Part shown: positions 40,218-51,663 of the stretch, in pieces | Numbering within the stretch: the first letter of the stretch is position 1 | How the letters are laid out: every line of letters begins with the position of its first letter | Origin: Nitrospirota bacterium | GTDB lineage: Bacteria; Nitrospirota; UBA9217 | Assembly: GCA_963751455.1 (NCBI GenBank) | Contig: CAVVUN010000001.1 | Coordinates: 1-64,000, forward strand | DNA: 64,000 nucleotides | Direction of reading: 5' to 3' | The notes under the pieces: generated by a model | What the model saw: only the letters and a program-made list of their open reading frames with translations | The model's database searches: none | What the model was told of the DNA's origin: nothing | Program-made: the position numbers and the translations under genes

Positions 40218-41999
40218 TTATCTTTCGATTTTAAGGTCCTTAATCTCGAGTTCCACCGCGATGTTTCCGTTCCAGGAATTTACACGCGGCGTGAAAACTG
40301 CCGCGACGCGCATGCCGTCGCGAAGGCGCCTGCCCAGCTGTTGGGCCCGATTAAACGCTATAGCATCGATCGTAAGCCCGGTCGGGGATTTCAGCCGCAG
40401 CTTAAGATGTTTTGCCCCGACAATCCGGGTCGATACGAGCTTGAGCCCGCGCACACCCAGCCTGGGCTCGGGATTTCCGGGTCCGAACGGCGCCAGTTTC
40501 TCGATCTCCCTCAGAAGCTCTATCGTAAGATCCTCAAGCAATACGGCGCCGTCAACCATCAGTGTTCGCGTAAACCCCTGTGCGCCCATGGCATCCATAA
40601 CGACTGTACAGAGCCGTTCGCGGAAGTCGGATATGCGGTCCTCCGAGATGGTGAAACCTGCTGCATATTTGTGCCCTCCGAACCCGAGGAGCAGATCGCT
40701 GCAGTGCGTGAACCCCCGGTACAGGTCGAAGCCCGGGATGCTTCTTGCCGACCCCTTGCCGACGCCGTCCTTGACGCAGATAAGCGCCGTCGGCCGATAA
40801 AACTCTTCAACAATCCTTGATGCCACGATCCCGATTACACCCGGGTGCCAGGCGTCGGATACAAGAACAAAAGCGCCCGGGGCGGCCGTATGTTCTTTTA
40901 TACAGAGTTCTTTTGCCTGCTCGCAGATGATCTCTTCGATTGACTGGCGTTCGCGGTTCACCCGGTCAAGCGCTGCGGCGAGGCTGCGCGACTCTTCCCG
41001 GGAATTGGTCGTGAGCAGCCGGAATGCGGTATCCGCCCTCTCCAGCCTTCCGCTCGCGTTTATTCGCGGAGCAAGAGTAAAGCCGACGGTACCCACGGTA
41101 ATTTTTTTGCCATCCAGGCCGGTGACCTCCCTGAGGGCCGAGATGCCGGGCCTCTGGTCCCCGTTGTTCGACAAACGCTCCAGTCCGTGTTTTACGAGTA
41201 CCCGGTTTTCTCCGGTTATCCTGCCCACGTCCGCTACGGTCCCGAGGGTCACGAGGTCGAGATACGACAGAACCGTCCCGGCATCCGCGGCGCTTCCTGC
41301 CAAAAGCGCCTGGGCCAGTTTGAACGCGATTCCCACGCCTGTAAGGCCGGCCACGTCATCCCGGACGCGGGAAGAAACTCCGGGGACAAATAGTGACGGG
41401 TGCAGAACCGCGTATGCAGCGGGTAAGGAGTTATCTGAATCGAAATTCCCGGGTACTGATGCATCGCTGCTGCTTCGGGATTCGAGTTTCGAATTTGGAA
41501 ATTCGTGGTGGTCGGTGATGATAAGGTCGAGGCCCAGAGAGCTTGCAAGCCCGGCCTCGGGCAGGGACGTGATGCCGCAGTCAACGGTAACGACCAGACC
41601 GGCTCCTGAAGCTTTGATTTTTTTCAAGGCCCCGGAATTGAGTCCATATCCTTCGGACAGTCTTTCCGGTATGTAGCATTCTACGAGGGCGCCGCAGGCC
41701 GTCAAGGCCAGATACAGGAGCGAAGCCCCTGTCACGCCGTCTACATCGTAGTCCCCGTAGATGACGATCTTTTCCCTGTCCATGACCGCTTTTTTAATGC
41801 GGTCGACTGCCCTGTCCATCCCGAGAAAAATTCCGGGATCGGACAGCGATGACAGGTCGCAGGAAAGAAATTCGCGCACTGCCGGGGGATCACAGATCCC
41901 GCGGCCGGCCATCAGCCTTGCGATAAGAGGATGCAGCCCCAGATCCCTGACAAGGGACGCCGCTGCAGCCTCGTCGCATTCAGACAGGACCCACTTCAT
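40218..41999 (-). CDS. recJ: Single-stranded DNA exonuclease RecJ
   Basis: YGDYDVDG, TVDCG, TDHH, GTVADV, PRINASGR, GSARS, GGHKYAAG. Confidence 0.96.
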   Translation of the reverse strand: MKWVLSECDEAAAASLVRDLGLHPLIARLMAGRGICDPPAVREFLSCDLSSLSDPGIFLGMDRAVDRIKKAVMDREKIVIYGDYDVDGVTGASLLYLALTACGALVECYIPERLSEGYGLNSGALKKIKASGAGLVVTVDCGITSLPEAGLASSLGLDLIITDHHEFPNSKLESRSSSDASVPGNFDSDNSLPAAYAVLHPSLFVPGVSSRVRDDVAGLTGVGIAFKLAQALLAGSAADAGTVLSYLDLVTLGTVADVGRITGENRVLVKHGLERLSNNGDQRPGISALREVTGLDGKKITVGTVGFTLAPRINASGRLERADTAFRLLTTNSREESRSLAAALDRVNRERQSIEEIICEQAKELCIKEHTAAPGAFVLVSDAWHPGVIGIVASRIVEEFYRPTALICVKDGVGKGSARSIPGFDLYRGFTHCSDLLLGFGGHKYAAGFTISEDRISDFRERLCTVVMDAMGAQGFTRTLMVDGAVLLEDLTIELLREIEKLAPFGPGNPEPRLGVRGLKLVSTRIVGAKHLKLRLKSPTGLTIDAIAFNRAQQLGRRLRDGMRVAAVFTPRVNSWNGNIAVELEIKDLKIER

Positions 42000-42016
42000 T
42001 GGAGCGGGCCTGCCGG

Positions 42017-42193
42017 TTAACCCTTGTTCTCTTTTTTACCGGCCTCGTCCTGACCATCGCCGGAAATTCCTTTTTTGAATCCCTTAATGGCTTTTCCAAG
42101 ACCTTCGCCGAGCTGCGGCAGACGGTTTGCGCCGAAAATAACCAGCACAATTACCAGGATAACGATCAGTTCCGGCATTCCAAGTCCGAACAT
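42017..42193 (-). CDS. tatA: Twin-arginine translocase TatA (58 aa, below the ORF-track cutoff)
   Basis: [42 protein letters not shown]; GAGGAGG RBS. Confidence 0.93.
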   Translation of the reverse strand: MFGLGMPELIVILVIVLVIFGANRLPQLGEGLGKAIKGFKKGISGDGQDEAGKKENKG

Positions 42194-42756
42194 GTTGCCT
42201 CCTCGTACTCCTCGGGTGTATTAAGATTGATAAACGACCGCCTCTTTGGATCAAAACGGTCTACTTCATTTTCCGTCACGTACCGCAGCCGGAGCCCTTC
42301 AAGCGCCCGCTGGATCTGCCGTTGTTCGCTCCTGATCTGGCTGTCGATGACCGTCATTACCGCCCTGCGGTACACGGCGTGGAGCGGCTCCACAAACTCG
42401 CCGATCCTGGGAAGGACAACATCGTATTCTCCGGTCAGACCGGCCATATAGGAAATAAGCCCGGGATTCAGAAAAGGCATGTCGCAGGCAGCCACGAAGT
42501 TGTACTCGTCGTCTGACTGCAGAAGGCCGGAATAGATGCCGGTAAGCGGACCCCTTTTGTCATACACATCAGCGACAACGGTAACGCCATACCGGGCATA
42601 GGCTTCCGGAGAGTTGGTAACGATGATGATACGGTTGACTGCCCTCCTGAGAGCCTGCAATACATGGTCGATCATGTACGTTCCGGCGATCTTCAGAAAC
42701 GCCTTATCTGTGCCCATGCGCCTGTTTTCGCCGCCTGCAAGCACAATTCCGTTCAT
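42166..42756 (-). CDS. mobA: Molybdenum cofactor guanylyltransferase
   Basis: [41 protein letters not shown]. Confidence 0.92.
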   Translation of the reverse strand: MNGIVLAGGENRRMGTDKAFLKIAGTYMIDHVLQALRRAVNRIIIVTNSPEAYARYGVTVVADVYDKRGPLTGIYSGLLQSDDEYNFVAACDMPFLNPGLISYMAGLTGEYDVVLPRIGEFVEPLHAVYRRAVMTVIDSQIRSEQRQIQRALEGLRLRYVTENEVDRFDPKRRSFINLNTPEEYEEATCSDLECRN

Positions 42757-42856
42757 AGTTAAAATTACAGTATTTGGAGATGGGTGTCAACCAGGAACTT
42801 GATAATCAGACAAGAAAGGAGCAACTTGGGGTGCAGGCGGTTGATAAAATTCATTG

Positions 42857-43552
42857 TCAGGATCGCATGATCCGGCCGTCTCTCATTTCGAAGACGCGGT
42901 CCGCCGTGCGGGCCAATTCGAGGTTGTGCGTGACCATGATAACGGTCAAAGCGGACTTCCGGGAAAGATCTTTCAAAATCTGAACGATCTCGGTTGACCG
43001 CTTCGTGTCGAGATTTCCCGTAGGTTCGTCAGCCAGAAGTATTTCCGGTGAATTTACCAGCGCTCTCGCTATCGCAACCCTCTGCATCTCGCCGCCGGAG
43101 ATCTGGCCCGGCAGATGGTCCCTGCGGTGGTCGATCCCGAGAAGATCCAGGAGTCCCTGCGCTTTTTCTTTTACTGCCGGCCTGCAATAGAAGGTGAGCG
43201 GCAGCATGATATTCTCGATCACCGTCAGAGTGGGAAGCAGATAAAAATTCTGAAAGATATAGCCGAATATTTCTCTTCTGATTTTGGTCAGTTTGCCTTC
43301 GGTCAGCGCGTGGTTTTCGGCTCCGAAAATCGTCTTTCCGCCCAATACCAGCCCTCCGGATGTCGGGTTATCGAGGCAGCCGAGCAGATTGATTAGAGTG
43401 GTCTTTCCGGAGCCCGAAGGGCCGATAAAGGAAACAAAATCGCCTTTATTGATGCAGAGCGACGCGTCATCGACCGCTCTGATCTCCTCGTTTCCGCGGC
43501 GATAGACTTTGGTCAGGTTTGTTGCTTCGAGGGAAAGGTCGTTCCGGTTCAT
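42857..43552 (-). CDS. ABC transporter ATP-binding protein (LolD/MacB type)
   Basis: [34 protein letters not shown]. Confidence 0.92.
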   Translation of the reverse strand: MNRNDLSLEATNLTKVYRRGNEEIRAVDDASLCINKGDFVSFIGPSGSGKTTLINLLGCLDNPTSGGLVLGGKTIFGAENHALTEGKLTKIRREIFGYIFQNFYLLPTLTVIENIMLPLTFYCRPAVKEKAQGLLDLLGIDHRRDHLPGQISGGEMQRVAIARALVNSPEILLADEPTGNLDTKRSTEIVQILKDLSRKSALTVIMVTHNLELARTADRVFEMRDGRIMRS

Positions 43553-44742
43553 CCGTTCACCTCGCTCCGGATCGCCTCGAGCGGTCTGATTCTGCCCGCT
43601 TTCCAGGCCGGATAGAGCCCGCTGAGAAGTCCCGTGCCGATAACGGCAAAGAGAGTAATCAGTACAAGTTTTGCATCGATCACGACAAGGCCGCCCGTGG
43701 GCGAGTACGGCAGGATATTCCGTATCATCAATTCCGTCAGCCCCGACAAAATCATCGCAAGGATTACGCCGAGAATTCCTCCGCTTACGCAGAGAAGCAG
43801 CGTTTCGATCCAAACCAACTGGAAAATATCCCATGGCATGGCGCCGATAGTCTTCAAAATGCCGATTTCCTGAAACCGTTCATGCACGGACATCAGAATG
43901 GTGTTGATCACTCCTACCATGGCAATCAGGATTGCAATGAGCGCGATCGAAAGGACGAGTACTTTCGCAGTGGAAACCAGCGACAGGATCGTCTGTTTTA
44001 CCTGCGCGAGGCTGACCACCTGGATATCGGGGAGTGAGTAGAACTTTTCTTCGATCCGGCCGGCGTCCGCATCCTTTTTAACTTTGACCCCGATCGTCGT
44101 CAGTTGCTCGTTTTTGGAGAACAGGGCCTGCAGGGTCACAAGAGGCACAAAAATTGTTCCGTCGTCCTGGGTGCCTGTTCTGTTCAGGATTCCGACAACC
44201 TTGAATTGCGCGTTTTTTTCGGGAATCAGGATCAGGTCCCCGACCTCCCGCTGTTCAAGCTCCGCAGCCTCGTATCCCATTACGGCCTCGTATGAGTCGG
44301 TTTTCGTGAACCAGCCGCCCTGCCTGAACTTGAAAAAAGTCTTCAGCTCGCTGAAACTTTGCGGTTCTACGCCGAGATAGGCGGCAATGCCTCCGTTTTC
44401 GCCCTTGTTCGGGTCGAACACAGCCTGCATTAGCATCGGGGTTATTTTCTCCACACCCGGTTCTTTCCTGATTGTCGCGCATATCGACTGATTTACGTAT
44501 TTCAGCCCGGTGCCGCCCTTCAGCATCATCGTCGCAGCCTCATACGGACATCCCTTGGCCATCAGCATCATCTGGAAGCCCATGTTGTCGATGTCCTTGT
44601 TCAGAGCGGTTTCAAAGCCGTGACTGAACCCGAGAAGGCTAGCCAATATCCATGCGGAAAGCGCGATGCCGATGAGAGTGAGTACGCTGCGGATTTTTTT
44701 CCGGAGCAGGTTCTTATAGGCGAATTCAAATTTGGTCATCAT
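43549..44742 (-). CDS. ABC transporter permease (MacB/FtsX type)
   Basis: RSVLTLIGI, SVHERFQEIGILKTIGA, YPAWKA..I.PLEAIR. Confidence 0.9.
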   Translation of the reverse strand: MMTKFEFAYKNLLRKKIRSVLTLIGIALSAWILASLLGFSHGFETALNKDIDNMGFQMMLMAKGCPYEAATMMLKGGTGLKYVNQSICATIRKEPGVEKITPMLMQAVFDPNKGENGGIAAYLGVEPQSFSELKTFFKFRQGGWFTKTDSYEAVMGYEAAELEQREVGDLILIPEKNAQFKVVGILNRTGTQDDGTIFVPLVTLQALFSKNEQLTTIGVKVKKDADAGRIEEKFYSLPDIQVVSLAQVKQTILSLVSTAKVLVLSIALIAILIAMVGVINTILMSVHERFQEIGILKTIGAMPWDIFQLVWIETLLLCVSGGILGVILAMILSGLTELMIRNILPYSPTGGLVVIDAKLVLITLFAVIGTGLLSGLYPAWKAGRIRPLEAIRSEVNG

Positions 44743-44914
44743 TGCGGAGAGACCTTGTCCTTAGGCGTTCACCCAAAATGGAAAGAAAATATTTGCCACA
44801 GAGAGCACAGAGGACACAAAGGAAAGTCTAAAAAGATTAATAAATTCTGTCACTACTCAGGTCAAAACCTGTTAGCCTCGGCCAAGCTGAGCAGTTACTA
44901 AATTCATCTATTTT

Positions 44915-45637
44915 TTATTTTTTGTTTCCCTCTGTGTTCTCGGTGTCGTCTGTGGCTACCAGCTTTTCCGGCTTGACCGGGTTAGGTAATGCGGGAATAT
45001 AGCCGAATGCAGTCATCAAAACCAGGTTCTTCTTGGTTGCCCGCAGGGCAGCCTTGAAGTCGGCCTCTGCTGCAGGCGCCGGATTCGTTATTTCCGCGAC
45101 CTTGCCCGAGGCTTTTCCCGAGGGCACATCATACTGCTCAAAATCGCGCAGGGTAAGGCCGATGAACTGTTTCCCGAATTTCGCGTCGCGTATCTTCCCG
45201 GCATACTGACTCGTCATCTTCTGGACATAGAACGCCGTGATGGTTCCTTCCGGGTCGAGTGCGAGAAAAACCTGAATGCCGCCGAATTGCCCTTTCTGGT
45301 TCACCCCGTGAATGCATCCGACCTTCTTTTTATTCGTGTAAATTTCATAGACCGTATAGGGAATCTCGATCGTTTCATAAAGGCCATGGAACGTGTCCCC
45401 AAGGCCCGCTTCTATTGCTGCAAGAAGTTTCTCGCCCCCCTTCTGCAGGACCGAAACATAGAGCGTCTTGTAGCCGGTTGACCCGGGGAAAAGCCTTGCA
45501 ACATCACGATCAGGGTCGTTCAGGTCGCATCCGACAGCGCCCCATGCCGCCTGACAGCAGACCAGCATTACAATAAGGGCCGTTCCGGCGAAGGCATAAG
45601 AATGAAATCCCGGATAACTTTTTTTGTCGGAAGTCAT
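44915..45637 (-). CDS. Exported protein, FMN-bind-like fold
   Basis: Signal peptide, mature start AVGCDLNDP, KGQFGGIQVFLALD..GTI..F.KQFIG. Confidence 0.6.
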   Translation of the reverse strand: MTSDKKSYPGFHSYAFAGTALIVMLVCCQAAWGAVGCDLNDPDRDVARLFPGSTGYKTLYVSVLQKGGEKLLAAIEAGLGDTFHGLYETIEIPYTVYEIYTNKKKVGCIHGVNQKGQFGGIQVFLALDPEGTITAFYVQKMTSQYAGKIRDAKFGKQFIGLTLRDFEQYDVPSGKASGKVAEITNPAPAAEADFKAALRATKKNLVLMTAFGYIPALPNPVKPEKLVATDDTENTEGNKK

Positions 45638-45664
45638 ATCCCTCTATCGCCCTTTCATGGCTAT

Positions 45665-46810
45665 TTATATCGGATGGTAGAGATAGAGCTGCAGCAGGAA
45701 CCTGTTTTCATTCAAGAGGCTGTCGTACAGATACTCCGTTCTGACGGTCAGATTCGAAGTTGCCCGGACCGAAAAACAGAGCGAGCCCTGGCTATCCTTT
45801 TCTCCCGCGAATTTCGAGTACACGGGCTGGGCTTCTATTTTATATCGCCCTTCGTCGTCAAGATTTATTCCCAACCGGTACGAGACAGCATTGAGGCTGT
45901 TTCCAAGCCACTCACCATGGTAGAGCTCAATACGGTGTTCAAGGTTGTCCCTGAGAAGGGTAACGTCGGTACCGGCTAACTGCATTCGCCGCGGTTCCCG
46001 GTCCACGAGCGTGTATCCCACTGTATTCAGTGTCCTACCGCTTGCCAAAGAAAATCCGGTCGAAAAATTATCACGGCTTAATACACCATAAGATATCCTT
46101 GAAGCCGCCATAGAGTGACTATTGAACGGAATTCCCCTCCTGCCCGTATAAAACGGCATCCCCGACCCGGTCGTAATGCTCGCGGAAATGTCACCCCACT
46201 CCAGATCTTTGCTTGTCCCGATACCCCAGTCTCGGTCATAACCAAAACGCATTCCGAGCGTCGAAAGAAGATGGCCGTGGCTGTCGAGATACGACGACAG
46301 ACCGAAGGCCGGCCCGTTGTGACCCAGCCATACAGAGCTCCACGGCGTCTTAACTTTTAAATAGGCATTGTACACCTGATGCTCAGTTTTATAGCCGTCG
46401 TGTTCAAACTCGGGCGCATCCGATCCGGATTTGTATGCCGGTGCCTGATCTTCGGTTTTATGGCAGATGACTATTGGCTCCTGCGGCCCCTGTACCGATG
46501 CCGATGCGGAGGCACCGCTGCTGGTCCGTGCGATCTGAGTGAGCGCAAGCCGGTACTGAAGAGCGAAGACAGCAAAATCGCCGGAATCGCCGGAAAACCG
46601 CTGAAGGTAGTCAAAGCCCAGGCTCGGTTTCTGCATCACGGAGTTACGGCTTGACGAGTACGGAATTGTTTTATCGAGCGCCGATGAATACCCGAAAATT
46701 TCCTGTGCTTCAAAATATAGCAGATGATCGTCTGCCTGAGATGTCCGGCTCCATAAGAAAATACAAAGGCAGAAAAAAAGCCTGCCATGCCTGTTCATGT
46801 TAAACATCAA
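45665..46810 (-). CDS. Putative outer-membrane beta-barrel protein
   Basis: Signal peptide, alternating beta-strand pattern, C-terminal FLLQLYLYHPI. Confidence 0.6.
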   Translation of the reverse strand: MMFNMNRHGRLFFCLCIFLWSRTSQADDHLLYFEAQEIFGYSSALDKTIPYSSSRNSVMQKPSLGFDYLQRFSGDSGDFAVFALQYRLALTQIARTSSGASASASVQGPQEPIVICHKTEDQAPAYKSGSDAPEFEHDGYKTEHQVYNAYLKVKTPWSSVWLGHNGPAFGLSSYLDSHGHLLSTLGMRFGYDRDWGIGTSKDLEWGDISASITTGSGMPFYTGRRGIPFNSHSMAASRISYGVLSRDNFSTGFSLASGRTLNTVGYTLVDREPRRMQLAGTDVTLLRDNLEHRIELYHGEWLGNSLNAVSYRLGINLDDEGRYKIEAQPVYSKFAGEKDSQGSLCFSVRATSNLTVRTEYLYDSLLNENRFLLQLYLYHPI

Positions 46811-47259
46811 ACCGGTGGCTGCCTCTGAAGATGACCTTTCCCGCTTTGGTCACGGTAACTCGTATTTCCCACTCTCCAGGCATCACGATACTGATCGGGA
46901 GAAGATAATCTTTATTTTTCGAGATCTGGAACGGGCGATCGCCCGTATCATGAGCCCCGCGCATCGAAGGCATTCCTGAATCGCCCATAATCTGCAGGGA
47001 AGTTTCTTTTTCGCCTGCCTTGTTAAAGACCTGCACTTTTAAAATTACCGTTCCCATTTTGGGTTTCTCGGCAAAGCTATAAAGCAGGTATGCGTCATTC
47101 CCTATCGATATTTTTTTGCCCGGCCCGGGCATTGAAACGAATTGGGACTGTATGTTTCGTTCCGGAATCGTCGCGGCCGGCTGCAGGGAGAGACACATTG
47201 AGAAGAGTAAACGAGGCAAAAATCGCAGCAATGGTGACACTTTTTTTACCAATAGTCAT
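46800..47259 (-). CDS. YtkA/FixH-like exported protein (N-terminal frameshift)
   Basis: GMPSMRGAH, MPGEWEIRV; AGGAGG RBS before an ATG at 47259 that starts a signal peptide in another frame. Confidence 0.7.
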
Positions 47260-47427
47260 GATCTCCTCCTTACGTCTTCAGGCTATTAAGGTCGATCTTC
47301 GCGGAATGATTGTTACATGGAGCAGTGATGTTTGTCAAGTTCGGCAGGGGAAAGTCATGGTTTATATAACATCTATAATTTTAATTTTACATTGACACCC
47401 TCGATTCGTTTATTGTATGGTCATCGT

Positions 47428-47709
47428 GTGCGACTTATTTCTCTTCTCATTATTATGGTCATCGGTCTTTCCATAATCACGACCGGAGGATCATTCACGA
47501 CTTATACAGCGGGAGAAGTCTCCCTCAACGCGCTCGACGTCTGCCACTCTTCTCCGGTTGCAACAACCTCTGACTTGCCATATATTTCCTCTGAATTCGG
47601 TCTCGTCATTCCCCTTGAAAAAGCATTTACTGCCGCAGCATTCGACCTTGACGATAAAACGTCCATCCTCTGCTTTGACGTTGAACGTCCCCCTGCATCT
47701 CTTTCTTAA
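47428..47709 (+). CDS. Small leader protein ending ..ERPP (DUF2946/arrest-peptide-like)
   Basis: N-terminal hydrophobic helix, LDVCH, C-terminal DVERPPASLS; TTGACA-18-TATGGT directly upstream. Confidence 0.6.
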   Translation: MRLISLLIIMVIGLSIITTGGSFTTYTAGEVSLNALDVCHSSPVATTSDLPYISSEFGLVIPLEKAFTAAAFDLDDKTSILCFDVERPPASLS

Positions 47710-47907
47710 TCTCCTCGAACAATAACCTTTTTACTGAGAAGTGCGGCAGAGCTGCGTTTTCTGCCCGTGTGTGACGTGCGGATGCTTTGCCGCAGACTTC
47801 CCCTCCGTTCACCCTGAGCCTGTCGAAGGTGAAGTGAACGGCGGCACTTCGGGAACTCTCTGCAACTGTTTTATGCTCCTGGCAATAAGAATATTGGAGA
47901 TTAGAAA

Positions 47908-48945
47908 ATGAGATTTATTACAAGTGTCTCGTTGCTTACATTCTGTTTCTGTTCTTCCATCAGCACTGCCCACGCGTCCGGGCTTTGTTGTCAGTTATCA
48001 AGCGGGGTCCAGGAGAGTCTGTCAGGAGTAGCCGCTCCCGGGACTGAAGAGCTTTCGGTGCAGTTTAATTACAGCTTCAGCCGGATGGACCGTTTTATGG
48101 AAGGCGCGTCAAGCCGGTCGGTTGATGAAGCAGCGACGTACCGGAAGCAGGATGGAACAACGTACACTTCTTTACCGCTCTCGATGGACATGATCAGGTA
48201 TACGTTGACAGCCGGGTATGGTTTTACCTCAAGGCTTAAGGCCTTTGTCTCCGTCCCCTACATCAGGAATACCATGGACATGACATCGAGCAACGGTATG
48301 ATGCTTGGCTGGACGGACATGACCATGCCATCGACATCCGGTCCGGGTGATGCAACCGTTATGGGGTTATATCGTCTCTACACAGACCGGGAAATCCGGC
48401 CGAGCGACGCGATAACCATCGGGCTGGGAATAAAAACACCGACAGGTTCTTCAACGGAACGAACTGCCGGAGGGAAGTTGATTCATGCGCATATGCAGCC
48501 AGGCACCGGCTCCTGGGATCCGTTGGTATCACTCATCTACACGAAAATGTGGAACTCCCTGCTCTTCCAGGCTGATGGAACATATCAACTCGCTACCAGA
48601 AACAGTGAGGGCTACAAGTTCGGTAATTCGCTTGCTTTGAACGCTGCGGGCACCTACTCAGTGTCCAGGGAGTTTAATCTGACTCTCGGCCTCACCGGTC
48701 TCACGACGGGCAAGGCGAGCGACAGGAACGGGCGTTATTACGACCCGGTTTTGAACAGCAGTCTCATGGATGACCCTGCGAATACAGGGGGAAACAGCCT
48801 CTGGTTCTCTTCAGGCGTTCAGGTTCTTCCGTTCACAGGGACATCGTTCGACATGAAGATACAAGTGCCGGTATGGGAAAAGGTGAACGGCATCCAGCTT
48901 GTATCGACCTGGCTGGCTATTGCCGGAGTCTCATATCGTTTCTAA
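47908..48945 (+). CDS. Outer-membrane 'transporter' beta-barrel (MetA-pathway/COG4313-like), Met/His/Cys-rich
   Basis: Signal peptide, mature SGLCC, GPGDATV, LGIKTPTG, HAHMQPGTGSWD, C-terminal GVSYRF. Confidence 0.8.
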   Translation: MRFITSVSLLTFCFCSSISTAHASGLCCQLSSGVQESLSGVAAPGTEELSVQFNYSFSRMDRFMEGASSRSVDEAATYRKQDGTTYTSLPLSMDMIRYTLTAGYGFTSRLKAFVSVPYIRNTMDMTSSNGMMLGWTDMTMPSTSGPGDATVMGLYRLYTDREIRPSDAITIGLGIKTPTGSSTERTAGGKLIHAHMQPGTGSWDPLVSLIYTKMWNSLLFQADGTYQLATRNSEGYKFGNSLALNAAGTYSVSREFNLTLGLTGLTTGKASDRNGRYYDPVLNSSLMDDPANTGGNSLWFSSGVQVLPFTGTSFDMKIQVPVWEKVNGIQLVSTWLAIAGVSYRF

Positions 48946-48960
48946 AAAAAGGAGAAATGT

Positions 48961-50353
48961 ATGACGAGAATAATTGCGTTATTTATAGCGCTGTCCATAG
49001 TGGGCCTCGGCATATCGGGCTGCAGCAAATCAAACTCAGGCGCCGGTCAGGCGAGCCTGAATCTGGCGGGCAGCAAGCAGGGCCAGGCCGTCGGATTCGC
49101 GGACGTGGACGGAGACGGCATTACAGACAAGCTAGTGGGCGCTCCCTATGCATCTGCAATATCAGGCCAGAGACAGGAGCGCTCCTGGTTTACAAGGGCA
49201 ACACATCTGGCTACAGCACAATTCCGTACCTGGTTTTGACGGGCGGCGATAATTTCGGCTATTCCGTTGCCAACCTTGGCGATGTTGACGGAGACGAAAA
49301 AGCAGATTTCGCAGTCGGCGCTATTCACGGGGACGGGACGGAGGTATCGCTCAGCGGAAGTGTCCCATTTTCAAGGGTGGAAGCAACGGCCAGATAATAA
49401 AAACCGTGTCGGGCGAAGGGCCGATGGATAAATTCGGCGTTTCCGTTGCAGCGGGCGACCTGAACGCTGACGGGATCACGGATCTGGTTGTGGGAGCGCC
49501 GTTCAACACGAATGATCCCGCGCTTTATCAAAGCGGAGCAGTATACGTCTTCCTGAGCGCAACGGCGCCAGGATTTCACGAATCCGGTAAAGCTTTATGC
49601 CTCTTCAACAAATAAATCGATTGGCTCGGTTGTAGCGTCAGGAGACGTGAATGGTGACGGCGCGGCAGACCTGCTGTTTTCGGCAAGCGGCAAAGTCCTC
49701 GTCTACTTCGGTGGTTCCTCATTCACCCCGTCCATCGATCTGCCCGAACATCACGATTAAAAGCAGCGCATCCGGCTTCGGCAAAGCGATCGCCGTGATC
49801 GGGGACATCGATGCGGACGGAGAGCAGGAAATCGCAATCGGTGCGCCGAATGCGGTCATCAACACATATCGAGACACGGGGAGCGTCTATATCGTTAAAG
49901 GTTCCGCAACAGGGACGGTGACTGTCGACTCGGCGCCTGCAGCGCTCATGGTCCGGATCGACGGCGGAGGATTTTCAACCGGTTCGGAGCTTCAATCGCG
50001 GCGCTGGGCGATATCGACGCTGACGGAAAACGCGATTTTGCCGTTGGCGCACCGATGGCGGATGTTACATCGGGTCCGGTCAGAACATCCTGAGCGGGAA
50101 GGTGTATGTTTTCAAGGGGAAGGATGTCACCTCATCGGCCACCCTTGCAGCGGCAACAGCATTCAACGGCAAGGTTAAGGACCAGGCGTACGGCGCGTCT
50201 CTCGCAGCTACCAGCGGCGGAATACTCGCAATAGGCGCACCCCGCTCAAACGCCGACACAGGCGGTGTGGACATGGTGGATGCGGCGACAGGTGAGGCTG
50301 TTTCCGGAGGAAGCAGCGGCGGTTCAACAGGCGGCAGCGGTGATTGCCATTAA
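48961..50353 (+). CDS. FG-GAP (integrin-alpha beta-propeller) lipoprotein, several frameshifts
   Basis: ISGC lipobox; repeated GDxxxDGxxDxxVGAP across ORF pieces; ends GGSTGGSGDCH. Confidence 0.8.
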
Positions 50354-50507
50354 CCTGAAACTGATGGCAATTAAAAATCCAGTTCTGTCATTTCGAGCGC
50401 GGCGAGAAATGCACGTTCCAATCGTTAGTTTGAGAAAGATTGAACCACAGATGCTCCGCTCCTTCGGAATGACAAGAGGGATAAATAAATATCAGGAGGC
50501 ATGTATC

Positions 50508-51611
50508 ATGACAAACAAATTAATAGCTTTTTTAATAATCACGTTCATCGGGCTGGCATCAGTCAGCTTTCTCTATGGAGAAGCCGTTACCTACAATCCA
50601 TCGTTTAATGCGGAGGGAATGAAATATCTGGCTGCCCCGACCAGCCATGTCCCTGGCAAGGACAACGGGGCCGGGATAGGTCTGCACAATGCGGGCGAGG
50701 ACTGCGGCATGTGCCATACGCCGAACGGCAAGGCCGGAAATTACGCGTTCACAATCGGCGGCACGATTTACGAGGACCGTGCGGCCAGGAGAACGCTGAA
50801 GGGCGCCGAAGTCATTCTCCAGGATATAAGCGGCAAGGTCATCAGCATGACCACCAACGAAGCGGGTAACTTCTGGACCTATACCCCGATCGCAGGCAAC
50901 CCCTACTCCGTCTCGAGTCACAGCGGTATAACCGACATACTATAACGGTTAATGCAGACGGGTCCGTGACGCCTGCGAACACGACCTTGCCCATGACATG
51001 GGAATACAAGGCCTGGGTAAAAAATCCGGACGGAACAGTTCGCCACATGGTCACGATCGCGCCGATCGGCGGAATGAGCGCTCCAGAATGGGCTGCAACA
51101 TGCACCATTCCGCGTTCGGGACCACCGGAGCGGCGTGGGCTTCGCGAAAGAGTACTTCGCAAGTTATCCTGCATCTGGCTTGAGCTTCCGGAAGCATATT
51201 CTCCCCATATTCAAGACCAAGTGCGCGCCGTGCCATGTCCCCGGCTCTACTACTACTCGACTCGCAACCATAAGCGACGTGCTGACGGCCTCAACGAATA
51301 CCAGCAGTCTCGCGCTTACGAACAGCTCAACAACATCGATCGATTACAGCCAGGGAATGGATTTCCAGTCCTATGACGGTTCGACTGTAGCAGCGCTTGT
51401 AAGCGGGGTCACAACCACGATTACGAAGACAGGGATAAAAGCACTCACCCTCCCTTATCAGTCGAATCCTGATGCCAGTCCGGTCCTTACCAAGGCGTTA
51501 ATACAACCGGCCGGTGTTTGCATACATCCCGGCGGCACCTTCTGGACGGCGGATGATACGGATTACAAGGCCATCCGTGCATGGATATCCGAAGGAGCTC
51601 AGAATAACTGA
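50508..51611 (+). CDS. Exported c-type cytochrome (frameshifted)
   Basis: HNAGEDCGMCH, GCNMHH, CAPCH, HPGG..WI.EGA; AGGAGG RBS. Confidence 0.75.
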
Positions 51612-51663
51612 AGGCCGGCTTTTTCTTCTTGTCGAACGTGAAAATCCGGGATAATATTGCGGA

